Positions 1 through 9,611 of a stretch of DNA of 64,000 bases are shown one piece after another. Both the position numbers and the translations under genes were made by a program. How positions within the stretch are numbered: position 1 is the first letter of the stretch; each line of letters begins with the position of its first letter. The notes beneath the pieces were generated by a model. That model was given only the letters and a program-made list of their open reading frames with translations, had not been told where the DNA came from and did not search any database. Origin of the DNA: a virus; the IMG/VR virus record IMGVR_UViG_3300012271_000011, positions 6,933 through 70,932 of that record; one strand, 5' to 3'.

Positions 1-136
1 GTCTTTTAATCTTTTTTAAATATAGCTCTACGCCTTTTTCTACTATGTTCTTCATTGTAATACCCGTATCTTTAGATGCTTCTTTTAACACCTTATGAAC
101 TTCTCTATCTATGAGAACACTCTTTTCATCAGTCAT
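1..136 (-). CDS. Partial small protein, possibly ribbon-helix-helix DNA-binding (runs off window)
   Basis: ATG at 136 with AGGTG RBS and an upstream sigma70 promoter; MTDEKSVLIDREVHKVLKEASKDTGITMKNIVEKGVELYL has an RHH-like pattern. Confidence 0.5.
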   Translation of the reverse strand, partial: MTDEKSVLIDREVHKVLKEASKDTGITMKNIVEKGVELYLKKIKR

Positions 137-166
137 AAATTTTTCACCTTCTTATGATTTCTATAT

Positions 167-196
167 TATTATATATGAAGTTATACTTTTTGTCAA
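167..196 (-). promoter_or_regulatory. Sigma70-type promoter TTGACA-17-TATAAT
   Basis: Minus strand reads ttgaca aaaagtataacttcata tataat. Confidence 0.7.
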
Positions 197-276
197 TAGG
201 ACTATATTATTCTATAGAGCGTTGAATCCTATCTAGTATAGATAATAATAGAAAAACAATAGGAGGTTTTTTTAAA

Positions 277-1056
277 ATGATTAGAAGAAAACTTTATACG
301 GATGTAATTCCGTTTCCAGCTGAGAAAACAGCTGGTGCTACTACTATCTCTAGTGATGAGCTTTATCCCTTTGAAGGAAGCGCGCCTGGAGAAATTGATC
401 TTCAACTTACTGCTGATGATGATAGTAAAATTACTGATACTCTATCAGTAGATCTAAAAGTAAGTTATGATGCAGGAACATCCTGGCTATCTGCTGTGAC
501 TTATTCAGACCTAGAAAATGGAAGTGGTGATCCAATTTCTGCTTTTAAAAATGGTGCTCTTGCTTATGCTCCTCGTGTAAGACTTGATGGAGTATTTGAT
601 GGAACAGGTGCTCTTGCTGATGGGCACGGTATCGCCGTTCATGCTAATCTTCTTGAAGGTTCTGAATTATATCGCCATGAAGTTGATGCTGATGTTCTTA
701 CTATTGATACACTTGCTGCTAGCGATTCAGTTACTAGTGATGTTGTTCAGGTAGACAATTCAATTGCTGAACCTATTCACAAAGTTATTGTTATATCTTA
801 TGTAGGTGATGCTTCTACTGTTACTGATGATATTACTTGGGTTCTTCAAAGCTCATTTGATGGTAATGACTGGTGGGATGTATCTTCAACTGCTGAAACT
901 AATATTGCCAATGGTTCTGGTTCAACATTCACTGAAGTAGAAGAAACAGATGGTCTAGGAGACTATTTCCGTATCGTAGCTACTGCTGATAGTAGTGCTG
1001 GTGCTATTGCTGCTGATAATGGCATTCAATTTAATGTTGTTACTCTTTTCGGTTAA
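277..1056 (+). CDS. Putative virion structural/decoration protein with two related beta domains
   Basis: Strong AGGAGG RBS; acidic, G/S/T/D-rich; internal repeat LKVSYDAGTSW / LQSSFDGNDW. Confidence 0.55.
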   Translation: MIRRKLYTDVIPFPAEKTAGATTISSDELYPFEGSAPGEIDLQLTADDDSKITDTLSVDLKVSYDAGTSWLSAVTYSDLENGSGDPISAFKNGALAYAPRVRLDGVFDGTGALADGHGIAVHANLLEGSELYRHEVDADVLTIDTLAASDSVTSDVVQVDNSIAEPIHKVIVISYVGDASTVTDDITWVLQSSFDGNDWWDVSSTAETNIANGSGSTFTEVEETDGLGDYFRIVATADSSAGAIAADNGIQFNVVTLFG

Positions 1057-1071
1057 GTTAAACACTAACTA

Positions 1072-1100
1072 AATAAGCTCCTCTTTTGAGGGGCTATTTT
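1072..1100 (+). terminator. Intrinsic terminator between convergent genes
   Basis: agctcctc-tttt-gagggct hairpin followed by a T tract. Confidence 0.6.
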
Positions 1101-2057
1101 TTATATAGGACTTCTTCTTGGAAGAAAAAAAGTCTTTATTCTCCCATCATACAATTCACATTCATCTAAAGAAATATTAAATTTTCCACTATCCTTAGAA
1201 TAATCATTAAAGTCTTTTTTTGATGGAATATTATAAATGTAAATATTTATATCTAAAGAAGGTGGACGATAAAACATTAAAGTATTTATATTCTTATAAA
1301 CACTTCTAACTCCAGCCTCATCATTATCAGGAACAAATATTATATTCTTAGGAGCACGTTCTAAGATTTTAGATGCTTGAGTAATACTCAAACTATTTGT
1401 TAACATTGCTGTTCCAACTTGACTTCTCAAAGACATAGCATCAAATACACCTTCAAAAATAAATATATTTCCCTTATAGGGTATATTATCATAATTAAAT
1501 ACAAAATTATTTCCATCTATACCCTTTGGGTTATTGTATCTTAAAGATGTTTTCTCCAAAGATCGTGTTATAAAATATACTATTTTATCATCTTCATAAA
1601 AAGGAATAAATATTGAAAAACCATATCTGCCTTTAGGATTATAAACATAGCCTAATTGATAAATAGCATCCTCCGACAAAGCCCTTTCTTCTTTCAAATA
1701 TTTAAAAGCTTTACCTGCTATAAGTCCGGAATTTTTTTCTTGAAAGAAAGTCAAACCTTCTGGAAGTTCAATCTCCTCACTGGTTTCTACTACCTCCTTC
1801 CTAAAATCACTTTTCCCTATTTCTTTTACTATATCTTTCTTATATAAACCTTCTTGTTTTATAAAATTAAATATATTTTCTGAGTAGCCACATTTATCTC
1901 TTCGTGAACAAACAAGTAAAGGACTAGTTTTATAATTGAAAGCTTCCCTATGACCACAAGATGGACAATTAAATCTAAAATATGCTCCTTTATCTTCAGG
2001 TTCTAATCCAGCATGTTCTAATACATTTTTAACTAAAGACTCTGATACTTTTTTCAT
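1101..2057 (-). CDS. DNA primase (T4 gp61-like; Zn ribbon plus TOPRIM)
   Basis: CPSC...C...C N-terminal motif; FIFEGVFDAM and VPDND TOPRIM motifs; KDFND. Confidence 0.85.
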   Translation of the reverse strand: MKKVSESLVKNVLEHAGLEPEDKGAYFRFNCPSCGHREAFNYKTSPLLVCSRRDKCGYSENIFNFIKQEGLYKKDIVKEIGKSDFRKEVVETSEEIELPEGLTFFQEKNSGLIAGKAFKYLKEERALSEDAIYQLGYVYNPKGRYGFSIFIPFYEDDKIVYFITRSLEKTSLRYNNPKGIDGNNFVFNYDNIPYKGNIFIFEGVFDAMSLRSQVGTAMLTNSLSITQASKILERAPKNIIFVPDNDEAGVRSVYKNINTLMFYRPPSLDINIYIYNIPSKKDFNDYSKDSGKFNISLDECELYDGRIKTFFLPRRSPI

Positions 2058-2063
2058 AAATTT

Positions 2064-3311
2064 CTAGGCACAGGAAACCACGTGGGCTTGCCCCGTGGAG
2101 GAATGTGCCATCCCCCTTTCTGTTAGTGTTGTAGTTCTTGCTTTCAATCTTACACAATCCTTCTTTACATTGACAGACGAACTAATCACTTTGCCATCCA
2201 AGCCTGATATAGCAAAAAATCCCGTACTACGTTTTCCTTTGATAAAGCCAGTTCCTTTCGGTGTTTTAATATGGTCAAATTTTCTCAAACCAAACAGCTT
2301 CCCTGTTGGTATCCTTTTTTCACTTCTACTGCCTTTAGTTTGTTGATAATCACCCTTAGAAACGTGCTTTTTAAAGCAGATTGAGGATAATAGATTAACA
2401 ATTTCACCTTCTGTACAACAGATAGCGACGGCATCGTAGTAATGTGTTTTTGGCAACTGCAAAATCTGCTCCCGCTTAAATTTTGTATCGTATCCGAAGC
2501 TTTCTTCAAAATCACCAAACTCTTTTTTCAATTGAGATTTAACTATCCCTATTTCAGTAGCATGTTTGGTTTTACTTCTTGTACCTTTAATTTCAAACTC
2601 GCCCCCGTGTAGTTTGTCGTGGCATGGCCCACACAATGTAATCAGATTACTTGAGGTGTCTGTCCCACCATTACTCCGAAATACAATATGGTGCACATGA
2701 AGTTCAGTATTTTTAGCTTTACACTTCTGACACTGATATCCATCACGATGTAAGATGTAAGCCCTAACGTTGTAAAAACCCTTCTTATCCCCTTTTTGAT
2801 AATCTTTAACATTGGAATTGCTAATCTTGTGAATGTCAAAACTTGCAGTCTCAACTTTCCATTTACTGACAGGCAAGACAGACCCAACAAACTTTTTCTC
2901 TCTTAAATGAGAATCAATTTTTGACCTGATACTTGGAGCTAATCTGCCGTTTTCTCTCATAGAAGCACGATTTTGCCACCTTGGCGGTCGATATCTTGTT
3001 TTCCTACCTCGTCTGTTTCTTCTGTACATTTTTCTTTGTTCCATTTTTTTAGAAACGTTCTGCCTTATCTGTACATCAGACTGATATACGACTTGTCCAT
3101 TGGTAATTGCAGCACAGCCAACTGTTTTACTCCCTGTGTCCATTCCTGCAACTATTGCTTGTAAATTTTCCTCGCAATCTCACAAAAGTTTGATTGTGAA
3201 TGGTGTTCTTTTAACACACTTTGCCTTACCCGCCTTTAATAAATGTTTAGCTTTAGCAGGTGAGCAAGGCATCAAGGGATTCCCGTTTTTATTTATCACA
3301 TACACACACAT
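2064..3311 (-). pseudogene. iscB: IscB RNA-guided nuclease with an in-frame TGA at codon 44
   Basis: MCVYVINKNGNPLMP (PLMP domain) is in frame with ORF 2064..3143: RuvC-I GMDTGSK, R-rich bridge RRNRRGRKTRYR, HNH CQKC..HVHHIVFRSNGG..NLITLC..CH, RuvC-III THYYDA. TGA at 3180-3182 in FTIKLL*DCEE. Confidence 0.85.
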
Positions 3312-3596
3312 GGCTTTAACCCTCCCTGTGTATTAGGATTATGCGTATTATTGGCATTGGAGTTACTAATAAATCCGTCTTCTTCTCGCGGGGATATTTC
3401 AGAGTTTGACGATACAGACACCGTTCCTACCATCATAGAACTTTTAATCTGAATCCGAAGAGGTTCAGGCTGAAGCGGCACCCAAACGTTCCTAGTTTTC
3501 TGAATATCGTTTACAAACATTTTTAATCTCCTATTAGTCCGCTGGTAACCTTGTGGCTCTTTTCAAAGCCACGGGACTTGGCCCGTGGTAGGTTAC
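3312..3596 (-). ncRNA. omegaRNA scaffold of IscB (guide would be flanking DNA about 3597-3616)
   Basis: About 285-nt structured leader starting gtaacctaccacggg directly upstream of iscB, the established IscB locus layout. Confidence 0.7.
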
Positions 3597-3608
3597 ATTA
3601 ACCCTATA

Positions 3609-4019
3609 TTAACCCTGCCTAAAAAATTTACAAGTCTTTAATTTATGAGATAAAGTTTTCTGCTTATATTCACAATAAATAAAAGGTGAGTTTTTTGAAC
3701 ATTCTTTGCATTGCTGCCTAAACTTACAAAAATCACAACCTGGATACTTTGGAATTTCATAAGCAACTACAAAGTATGAGTTACTTGGTTTTTCAAATTC
3801 TTCCGTAATCTCATACTCTAAAATGATTCTATCTTTTTCTTCTCTTCTTTGAATAAAATATAAACTTAATGCTTTTTCTTTAATTTTTGCTTCAAAGATT
3901 TCATGTATTTTATACCTTTCATCCAAAAGACACTTAGACATTTTTTTATCGTATATAAAATGCTGAAAAATTTTATTACTTCTTTTATAAAATCTCTCTG
4001 ATATTAATATTTCTGTCAT
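3609..4019 (-). CDS. Hypothetical protein with Cys-rich C-terminus
   Basis: 136-aa ORF; CDFC..C..C..C..C; sigma70 promoter immediately upstream. Confidence 0.6.
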   Translation of the reverse strand: MTEILISERFYKRSNKIFQHFIYDKKMSKCLLDERYKIHEIFEAKIKEKALSLYFIQRREEKDRIILEYEITEEFEKPSNSYFVVAYEIPKYPGCDFCKFRQQCKECSKNSPFIYCEYKQKTLSHKLKTCKFFRQG

Positions 4020-4246
4020 AATATTATTATGACAAATATATTATTTTTTGTCAATCTTTTGACTTAGCTATATACGAAAAAGATAACACATATTCAATCT
4101 CTTCATAAACGCTTAGCAGGAAACCATCAATCTCAGATACATCATTAATAATATTTTCAAAATGATCTTCTGCTGATAATTTCAATTCCTTTTTTCTTTC
4201 ATCAATTTTAACTCTAATCTCCTTTAATGCTAAAAAAAGCAGGAAT

Positions 4247-4402
4247 TCACTCCTGCCTTATAATGCCATCTTTCTCTACTTCTTGTAAGTATTCATCATC
4301 GTATTTTTCAAATAAAGTTACTAACTTTTCTAATAAGTCTATTTGTTTCTCAAGAAGTTTGTTTATTTTTATTGTCTCTGTTAGTATTCTTTCGTCTTCC
4401 AT
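4247..4402 (-). CDS. Small hypothetical protein (51 aa, not in ORF track)
   Basis: GAGGAG RBS, ATG at 4402, MEDERILTETIKINKLLEKQIDLL..., TGA at 4247. Confidence 0.5.
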   Translation of the reverse strand: MEDERILTETIKINKLLEKQIDLLEKLVTLFEKYDDEYLQEVEKDGIIRQE

Positions 4403-4419
4403 AAATCTCCTCTAACAAC

Positions 4420-4893
4420 TCATAACTCGCTTAGTGAATCTGATAGTTCTCTTGTTATTTGCTTTACATCTTGATATAGCTGCTCTCTTCTTTGAGGTTT
4501 ATTCTGATAAGCATTAGTCATTGAATAAAGTTCTTTCATTTTACCTTGAAGCACATCCATCATACCAAATGCCCTATACATCTTTCTCTTATCTTCATAA
4601 GCAACCTCGTCAGTAGTAGGCTGCTCTTTCTCTCTTTCCTGTCTCTTCCTTATTTCTGCCTGTATATCACTCTGAGGGCTTTCAGGTGGGACAGAGGACA
4701 TATCTGTAGTAGAAGGTTCATCTATTTCACTTCTTCTTATCTCTGCTCCACATGGGCCTTTTCCAGGCCCACTTCCATCACCTGCTCCTAACCCACCTCT
4801 TCTAGTAAGGTTTGATACTACGACATCTAGTCCATTACCTTGATTGCCATAATACCACTCAAGAAGTTCTTTATTATTTTCATCATTTTTCAT
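4420..4893 (-). CDS. Hypothetical, probably late protein
   Basis: 157-aa ORF with GAGG RBS; GTAAAGTTAA motif at 4912-4921. Confidence 0.6.
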   Translation of the reverse strand: MKNDENNKELLEWYYGNQGNGLDVVVSNLTRRGGLGAGDGSGPGKGPCGAEIRRSEIDEPSTTDMSSVPPESPQSDIQAEIRKRQEREKEQPTTDEVAYEDKRKMYRAFGMMDVLQGKMKELYSMTNAYQNKPQRREQLYQDVKQITRELSDSLSEL

Positions 4894-4935
4894 ATTTTTC
4901 CTCTCTTCTGATTAACTTTACAGAAGAGAAGAGTA

Positions 4936-5178
4936 TTAGTTCTCAATAAGCTCCATCAACTCATAAATTTGTTCAAGCTCATCTTCACCTTTTTCATACT
5001 TCTTTTTCATATATGAAAAAATCTTGGCGATAATCCCTTTCTTAACTTCAAGAATTGCTGCTGCCTCATTCTTTAAGTCTTTCTGTTGCTGAGCAAGCTC
5101 CTTCTTTTGATCCTCTAAATCAAGAAAGCTTGAAAAAATTCCTTTTAATTGGCTTTTTTTCTCTTCATCTAATACCAT
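4936..5178 (-). CDS. T4 DsbA/GapR-like dsDNA-binding protein
   Basis: 80-aa coiled coil LEDQKKEL..KDLKNEAAAILEVKKGII pattern. Confidence 0.5.
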   Translation of the reverse strand: MVLDEEKKSQLKGIFSSFLDLEDQKKELAQQQKDLKNEAAAILEVKKGIIAKIFSYMKKKYEKGEDELEQIYELMELIEN

Positions 5179-5181
5179 ATA

Positions 5182-5421
5182 CTACTGCTCCTTTGCTGCT
5201 TGTGTTTCTGAAAAAACTTGATTGCTAAATCTAATTAAATCTTTATTATACTCATTCTTTTTATAAGGTTCTTGAAAAAGCATATGCTTTAAATGATTTA
5301 AAATAGTGACACTTCCATTTCTGTTTTGGAAAGCTTTCGTTCCTCCGCCTTCTCTTTTACGAAGAATAAGTTTGTGTCTATCTGGATATTTTTTCTTCCA
5401 GCTTATCTTTCTTTTACCCAT
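5182..5421 (-). CDS. Hypothetical basic protein
   Basis: ORF with AGGAG RBS in a tight operon. Confidence 0.6.
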   Translation of the reverse strand: MGKRKISWKKKYPDRHKLILRKREGGGTKAFQNRNGSVTILNHLKHMLFQEPYKKNEYNKDLIRFSNQVFSETQAAKEQ

Positions 5422-5423
5422 AT

Positions 5424-5738
5424 TTACTCCTTGTAATATTTTATAGCTCTATCTCTCATTTTCTTGATTACTTTAAAAACAAGATGGCCTTTATATTTTT
5501 CCGGTCTTCTAGTTTTTTCAATAACATAATCAATATATTCATCATAGGTTATCTTTATATTGAGTCTTTCTACAAGAACATTTTTACGTGCTCTCTCAAA
5601 TGCAATTTCTTTTCCTCTTGTTTTATCAAACTTATCCTTAGTATGACAAATACTCCATCCAATCCTATCCTTATCAATTGCTACTACACAACCAAAAGGA
5701 ATTCCTTCTTCGTCTCTAACATACTCTATTAGATCCAT
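5424..5738 (-). CDS. Conserved phage hypothetical protein
   Basis: GWSICHTKDKFDKTRGKEIAFERA motif familiar from phage proteins; AGGAG RBS. Confidence 0.65.
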   Translation of the reverse strand: MDLIEYVRDEEGIPFGCVVAIDKDRIGWSICHTKDKFDKTRGKEIAFERARKNVLVERLNIKITYDEYIDYVIEKTRRPEKYKGHLVFKVIKKMRDRAIKYYKE

Positions 5739-5920
5739 ACTCTACTCCTTTTATTTTTTTTAACCTCTCCCCAATTCAAACGGTCTAACCCATTTTCAAT
5801 CTTTGGTATTACTATTTTATCAATATTATATTGTTTTGTCAACTCTGAGGATATGCAGTGAGCTGGAGTATATTGACTAAAGTCTGCTGAGAATAAATCT
5901 CCATGTTTTTTCTATAATCC

Positions 5921-6217
5921 TCATATAGTTGCCTTAATGTAAAGAATAAACTCAGAAATACTATCTATATAATATTCTATAGAATTTACCTCTACTATTT
6001 TAGGCTTATCTCCAAATTCACATTCATAAATAAACCAATCAATATCTTCTGCATATTTATTTAAAATAAGTTTTAATAACTCAACATTCTTATTAAATAA
6101 ATCAATAAGAATTTTAGAAAGTTTACCCTCAACATCTAAACCAACATTAGCTGAGAGGGTTATTATTTTTTCATCTATTTCTTTAAGAAATCTTAATTCT
6201 TCTTTTAAATCAATCAT
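5921..6217 (-). CDS. Hypothetical protein
   Basis: 98-aa ORF starting at ATGA directly after an IscB end scar. Confidence 0.6.
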   Translation of the reverse strand: MIDLKEELRFLKEIDEKIITLSANVGLDVEGKLSKILIDLFNKNVELLKLILNKYAEDIDWFIYECEFGDKPKIVEVNSIEYYIDSISEFILYIKATI

Positions 6218-6420
6218 AATTTTCTAGGCACCTTTCTCCTTTCTACTTTCTACTAGAGTTGTAGTTATTATATACACATACATGGCTGTGAACTACCACC
6301 ACCTATAGAGGTAGATGACTTCTTGGTCAATACTACTCTGTAGCAAGTTTACCCAAGCTATCAAGGTCGAATCGACCTCTTTTTTAAAAGAACCACGAGA
6401 CAAGTCCCGTGGTAGGTTAT
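6218..6420 (-). mobile_element. Internally deleted IscB element (MITE) with a nested second IS605-type end
   Basis: Both ends match the 2058-3596 element (tttctaggcac; ccacgagacaagtcccgtggtaggtta); remnant of the iscB start (agccATGtatgtg); 6289-6378 matches 35694-35768. Confidence 0.8.
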
Positions 6421-7445
6421 ATATCTAACATCTTACTTTCTTTACTATCAAGTATTTTACTCCCCTCAATCTTTTCAGAAAAATGAGTTGCTTTCTCAAT
6501 AGCACTATCTCTTAGTTTTTGAATTTTTTTCATATACCTATCAATACTAAGACCAGAGGCAATAGTAATATATACTCTATCTTCTGCTTCTACTTCTTCA
6601 GCATTAGTAAAGTTTAAAGATGCTCTTAAGATACCAGGAATCATACGGGCATTTTTAGCTCTTCCAGAAAGTTTTGAGACTACTTGTGTGAGTGTTCCTT
6701 GATATTCATCAAGTTTTTCATGCTCTTGAATCTTATTATCAATAAACATGGCAACAAGACAATTCTTAGTATCCTTATCAAGCTTTCCATATTCAAACTT
6801 AGGAAGCTTTTCTTCTAAAAATGAATCTGATAAATCTACAAATCCTCCGCCAAACACTACACTATCAAGCTCTGATTGGTCAAGAGTCATTGGGGAGTAA
6901 TTGTCTGTGTTATATTTTCTTAATATATTAAGAATATAATCTAACCTCTTTACAATATAATGATTTATCTGAGACCAATCATTACTGAACTTTTTTATAA
7001 GTTTTTGATTATCAAACAATAAAACAGATATTTTTGAGATTAAAGGCATAATAGAGTTAATGCAGTTAACTGCATTTGCAAGAGGTGGATTATTCTCTTT
7101 TGAATAAGGAATAATTCCTACTATTAATACTTTATTATTATTCTCAAGTAATACTTTTGATAATGGAACTAATGAACTACTTCCAGAACCGCCTCCTAAA
7201 CTTGAGAAAATAACTACCTTGTCATTTTTAACATTCTCCAAGCTAGCTCTTACGGTTTCAAAGTTTTCTTTCCAAATTTTAGCTCCCTTATGAAAACGCT
7301 TTGAAGCACCTTCGTTAGATATCACTACTACATTGGAATGTGGGAAGTTATTTGTATCTTCATGAGCGGTAGAAAAGATAAGTGCCCTACTATCAAGCTT
7401 AGAGGCAAGTTTACCTCCTGTGTTTCCACTTCCAATAACTATCAT
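6417..7445 (-). CDS. Tubulin/FtsZ-family GTPase (PhuZ/TubZ-like)
   Basis: VIGSGNTGGKLA and SLGGGSGS tubulin signature, FDNQKL, LDQSEL. Confidence 0.8.
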   Translation of the reverse strand: MIVIGSGNTGGKLASKLDSRALIFSTAHEDTNNFPHSNVVVISNEGASKRFHKGAKIWKENFETVRASLENVKNDKVVIFSSLGGGSGSSSLVPLSKVLLENNNKVLIVGIIPYSKENNPPLANAVNCINSIMPLISKISVLLFDNQKLIKKFSNDWSQINHYIVKRLDYILNILRKYNTDNYSPMTLDQSELDSVVFGGGFVDLSDSFLEEKLPKFEYGKLDKDTKNCLVAMFIDNKIQEHEKLDEYQGTLTQVVSKLSGRAKNARMIPGILRASLNFTNAEEVEAEDRVYITIASGLSIDRYMKKIQKLRDSAIEKATHFSEKIEGSKILDSKESKMLDI

Positions 7446-7532
7446 ATATTCTCCTTAATCCAAATTTCTGGGACTCTAATTACATAGTCCCCGTATTCAA
7501 TAAAAGCATATGGGCTTTCTTTTTGCAAAAAC

Positions 7533-7572
7533 TCGTAAAAAACCACTTCTCTTTAGAGGAGTGAATGAATAC
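7533..7572 (+). repeat. IS605-type end hairpin scar
   Basis: tcgtaaaaaaccacttctctttagaggagtgaatgaatac resembles the 28851 and 46026 copies. Confidence 0.5.
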
Positions 7573-7629
7573 CATTATAAAACTAAATAATGGGTAGTTT
7601 TTACGTAAGATAATCGCAACATCTTACTT

Positions 7630-7866
7630 TTAAGATTTAAGTCTTGCTTTTAGTTCTTTTTGTTTTGCTGAAGCAGCTCTTACTTTCTTGTCCAAATCTT
7701 TTTCAAGAAGAGAGTTTATTTTATTTTGATATTTTTCTTCAAGTTGATCTTGGGGTGTTTCATCTGAAACCTCTCTTTCTATATGTAATACACTCTCACA
7801 TTTAATGGGCGAATACGGCTCATTCATAAGAGTCATTGACATACTTCCACCAACAGTTATTTTCAT
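7630..7866 (-). CDS. Hypothetical protein
   Basis: Likely start at MKITVGG (ATGA overlap with the upstream stop, AGGAG RBS) within track ORF 7630..7902. Confidence 0.6.
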   Translation of the reverse strand: MKITVGGSMSMTLMNEPYSPIKCESVLHIEREVSDETPQDQLEEKYQNKINSLLEKDLDKKVRAASAKQKELKARLKS

Positions 7867-8708
7867 AACATTCTCCTTATGTCTTCTTTTAAGTCTTGCC
7901 ATCTACTAATAAGATCAGGCAGTTTATTATCCCAATAATATAATTCTACTTGATCGGGATTAAATTCATTATATTCTAATTCTTTTTCTTTGTCAACAAT
8001 CTCTTTATGAATATCATTTGGAAATTGCCTTAAATCAATAATTTTCAATAGTCTTTTATAGACTTCTTTATTATTAGACTTAGTCATTATCTCATTCCAC
8101 TTGTTTGAATCATCAATCATCTTCTCAAGTGTTTTTGGTCCAACTCTATAAAGACCACCTATTCCATCACTTGCGTCACCGATAATAGCTTTTTCCATAA
8201 GAATGTTTTCATTCTGTTTTTGTATTCTTCTTCGTATAGGGTCATAAACTGTTACATTATCTTGATAGTTAAGTATTTGAGTAAGGTCTTTATCAGAGGA
8301 TATAATAAGGATATTATCATTAGTATTTGCTGCAGCAAGAGCATAAATCACATCATCTGCTTCAGCCATTTCATGAGAGATTTGTTTTACAGGATAAAAC
8401 TCAAGACCTTCTTTTACTTTATAAAGATTATTAAAAAGAACTTTAAATTCTTCTTCATCTTTTTTACCATCACGATTTCTCTTATAATCTGGAAAGATAC
8501 CTCTTCTCCAATTAAGAGATTTTTTACCTTCCCAACAAATAATAAGCTTCCCAGAATTTGAAATCATATAGTTCAACTTATTAAAAAAGTTGTGTAAGAA
8601 GAAAGAGAAGTTATCATCTGTTAAAACTTCTCCACTATCATGTAATTTTTTACGAGTGACGTGGAACTCTACAAAAATAATATTCATCATATCTACTAAA
8701 TTCATCAA
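7863..8708 (-). CDS. 5'-3' exonuclease / T4 RNase H-like (FEN family)
   Basis: DYKRNR, EADDVI, SSDKDLTQ, GDASDGIGG..VGPKT. Confidence 0.9.
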   Translation of the reverse strand: MMNLVDMMNIIFVEFHVTRKKLHDSGEVLTDDNFSFFLHNFFNKLNYMISNSGKLIICWEGKKSLNWRRGIFPDYKRNRDGKKDEEEFKVLFNNLYKVKEGLEFYPVKQISHEMAEADDVIYALAAANTNDNILIISSDKDLTQILNYQDNVTVYDPIRRRIQKQNENILMEKAIIGDASDGIGGLYRVGPKTLEKMIDDSNKWNEIMTKSNNKEVYKRLLKIIDLRQFPNDIHKEIVDKEKELEYNEFNPDQVELYYWDNKLPDLISRWQDLKEDIRRML

Positions 8709-9445
8709 TAACTCCTCATATAATCTTCTAAATCTTCAATTGTATTTTCTTTAAATGCTGTATCCATTGATTCCTTAAATGCTTGTTTTAATTTATAAAC
8801 ATCTTTGAATACTTCAACAGACCACTTAAGAGATTCTAAATGCTCTAAAGTCTCTAATATTGCTTCAGCGTATACTCTTATCTCATATTGAGCATGAGTG
8901 TCTAATCTTAATTCAAGAAAATGTAAAAGATTTCTTAAATCTGCTCTAAAAAAGAATTCTGTATATTGACCAACAGGCATCACAGTTCTTGCTTGTTCTC
9001 TTGCAACATTTTTACCTATAAGAGAACGATACATTGTATTACTTTTTTCATAAATACTATTAATATAGTCATTAAAATATTGCTGACTCTCTACAACTCC
9101 GTCTGAAGATTGTTTATTTTTTGAAGACTGTTCTCTCCAAACCTCTGGATAAAAACATTCAAATTTAAAATCTTTATATCTTGCTGATATTTCATTAAAG
9201 CTAAATGCTCTATGACGAAAAAATTGTCTACCAACAAAAATAGGCATTTTTACATGAAAATGGAAAGTGACAAACTCAAAAGGACTCATATGTTCATTAC
9301 GATATAGATAACGTATGAGTTCTCTATCTTTCTTATCTCCTTTTACAGCTTCATTTCCAGTAGAAGTTCTAGCTGCTCTAAGAATGGAATAATCATTTCC
9401 TAAATAATCTACTAACTCAATAAATCCATCGTTTAATAATCTCAT
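8705..9445 (-). CDS. thyX: Flavin-dependent thymidylate synthase
   Basis: HMSPFE, RHRAFSFNEISARY, AREQARTVMP, HAQYEIR; probable start ATG at 9445, the upstream in-frame 19 aa being IS scar. Confidence 0.92.
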   Translation of the reverse strand: MRLLNDGFIELVDYLGNDYSILRAARTSTGNEAVKGDKKDRELIRYLYRNEHMSPFEFVTFHFHVKMPIFVGRQFFRHRAFSFNEISARYKDFKFECFYPEVWREQSSKNKQSSDGVVESQQYFNDYINSIYEKSNTMYRSLIGKNVAREQARTVMPVGQYTEFFFRADLRNLLHFLELRLDTHAQYEIRVYAEAILETLEHLESLKWSVEVFKDVYKLKQAFKESMDTAFKENTIEDLEDYMRSY

Positions 9446-9611
9446 AAATTTGTGACAGGAAACCACTATGCCTAAAGGTGTCGTGAAAGAATGCTTACGC
9501 ACTCTAATTTCCTGTTTACCTCCTTTAATTTTTTAATATAAGTAGTAGTTCACAATACATACTCTCAAATTCTATTCAAGAACTACCCTTTAGGGTAGTT
9601 GGTTAGTTGAC
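9446..9611 (-). mobile_element. Collapsed IscB-type element
   Basis: Minus strand starts gtcaactaaccaactaccctaaagggtagtt and ends ggtttcctgtcacaaattt|ATGA; encodes HSFTTPLGIVVSC, similar to the IscB tail HSSTGQAHVVSC. Confidence 0.75.

Larger units (their letters stand above)
2058..3596 (-). mobile_element. IS200/IS605-superfamily IscB (OMEGA) element
   Basis: Terminal hairpins ccacgggacttggcccgtgg (about 3569-3588) and ccacgtgggcttgccccgtgg (about 2078-2098); higher GC than flanks; contains omegaRNA leader and iscB; followed directly by ATGA, the primase start. Confidence 0.85.

Noticed and set aside
3180-3182. Genome-wide TGA=Trp recoding suggested by the iscB stop
   Set aside because: Many conserved genes end cleanly at TGA, often in ATGA overlaps, use TGG for Trp and are not fragmented under the standard code
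3296-3520. 74-aa ORF upstream of iscB
   Set aside because: Overlaps the expected omegaRNA and has no recognisable protein features; it has an RBS-like AGGAG, so translation is not excluded
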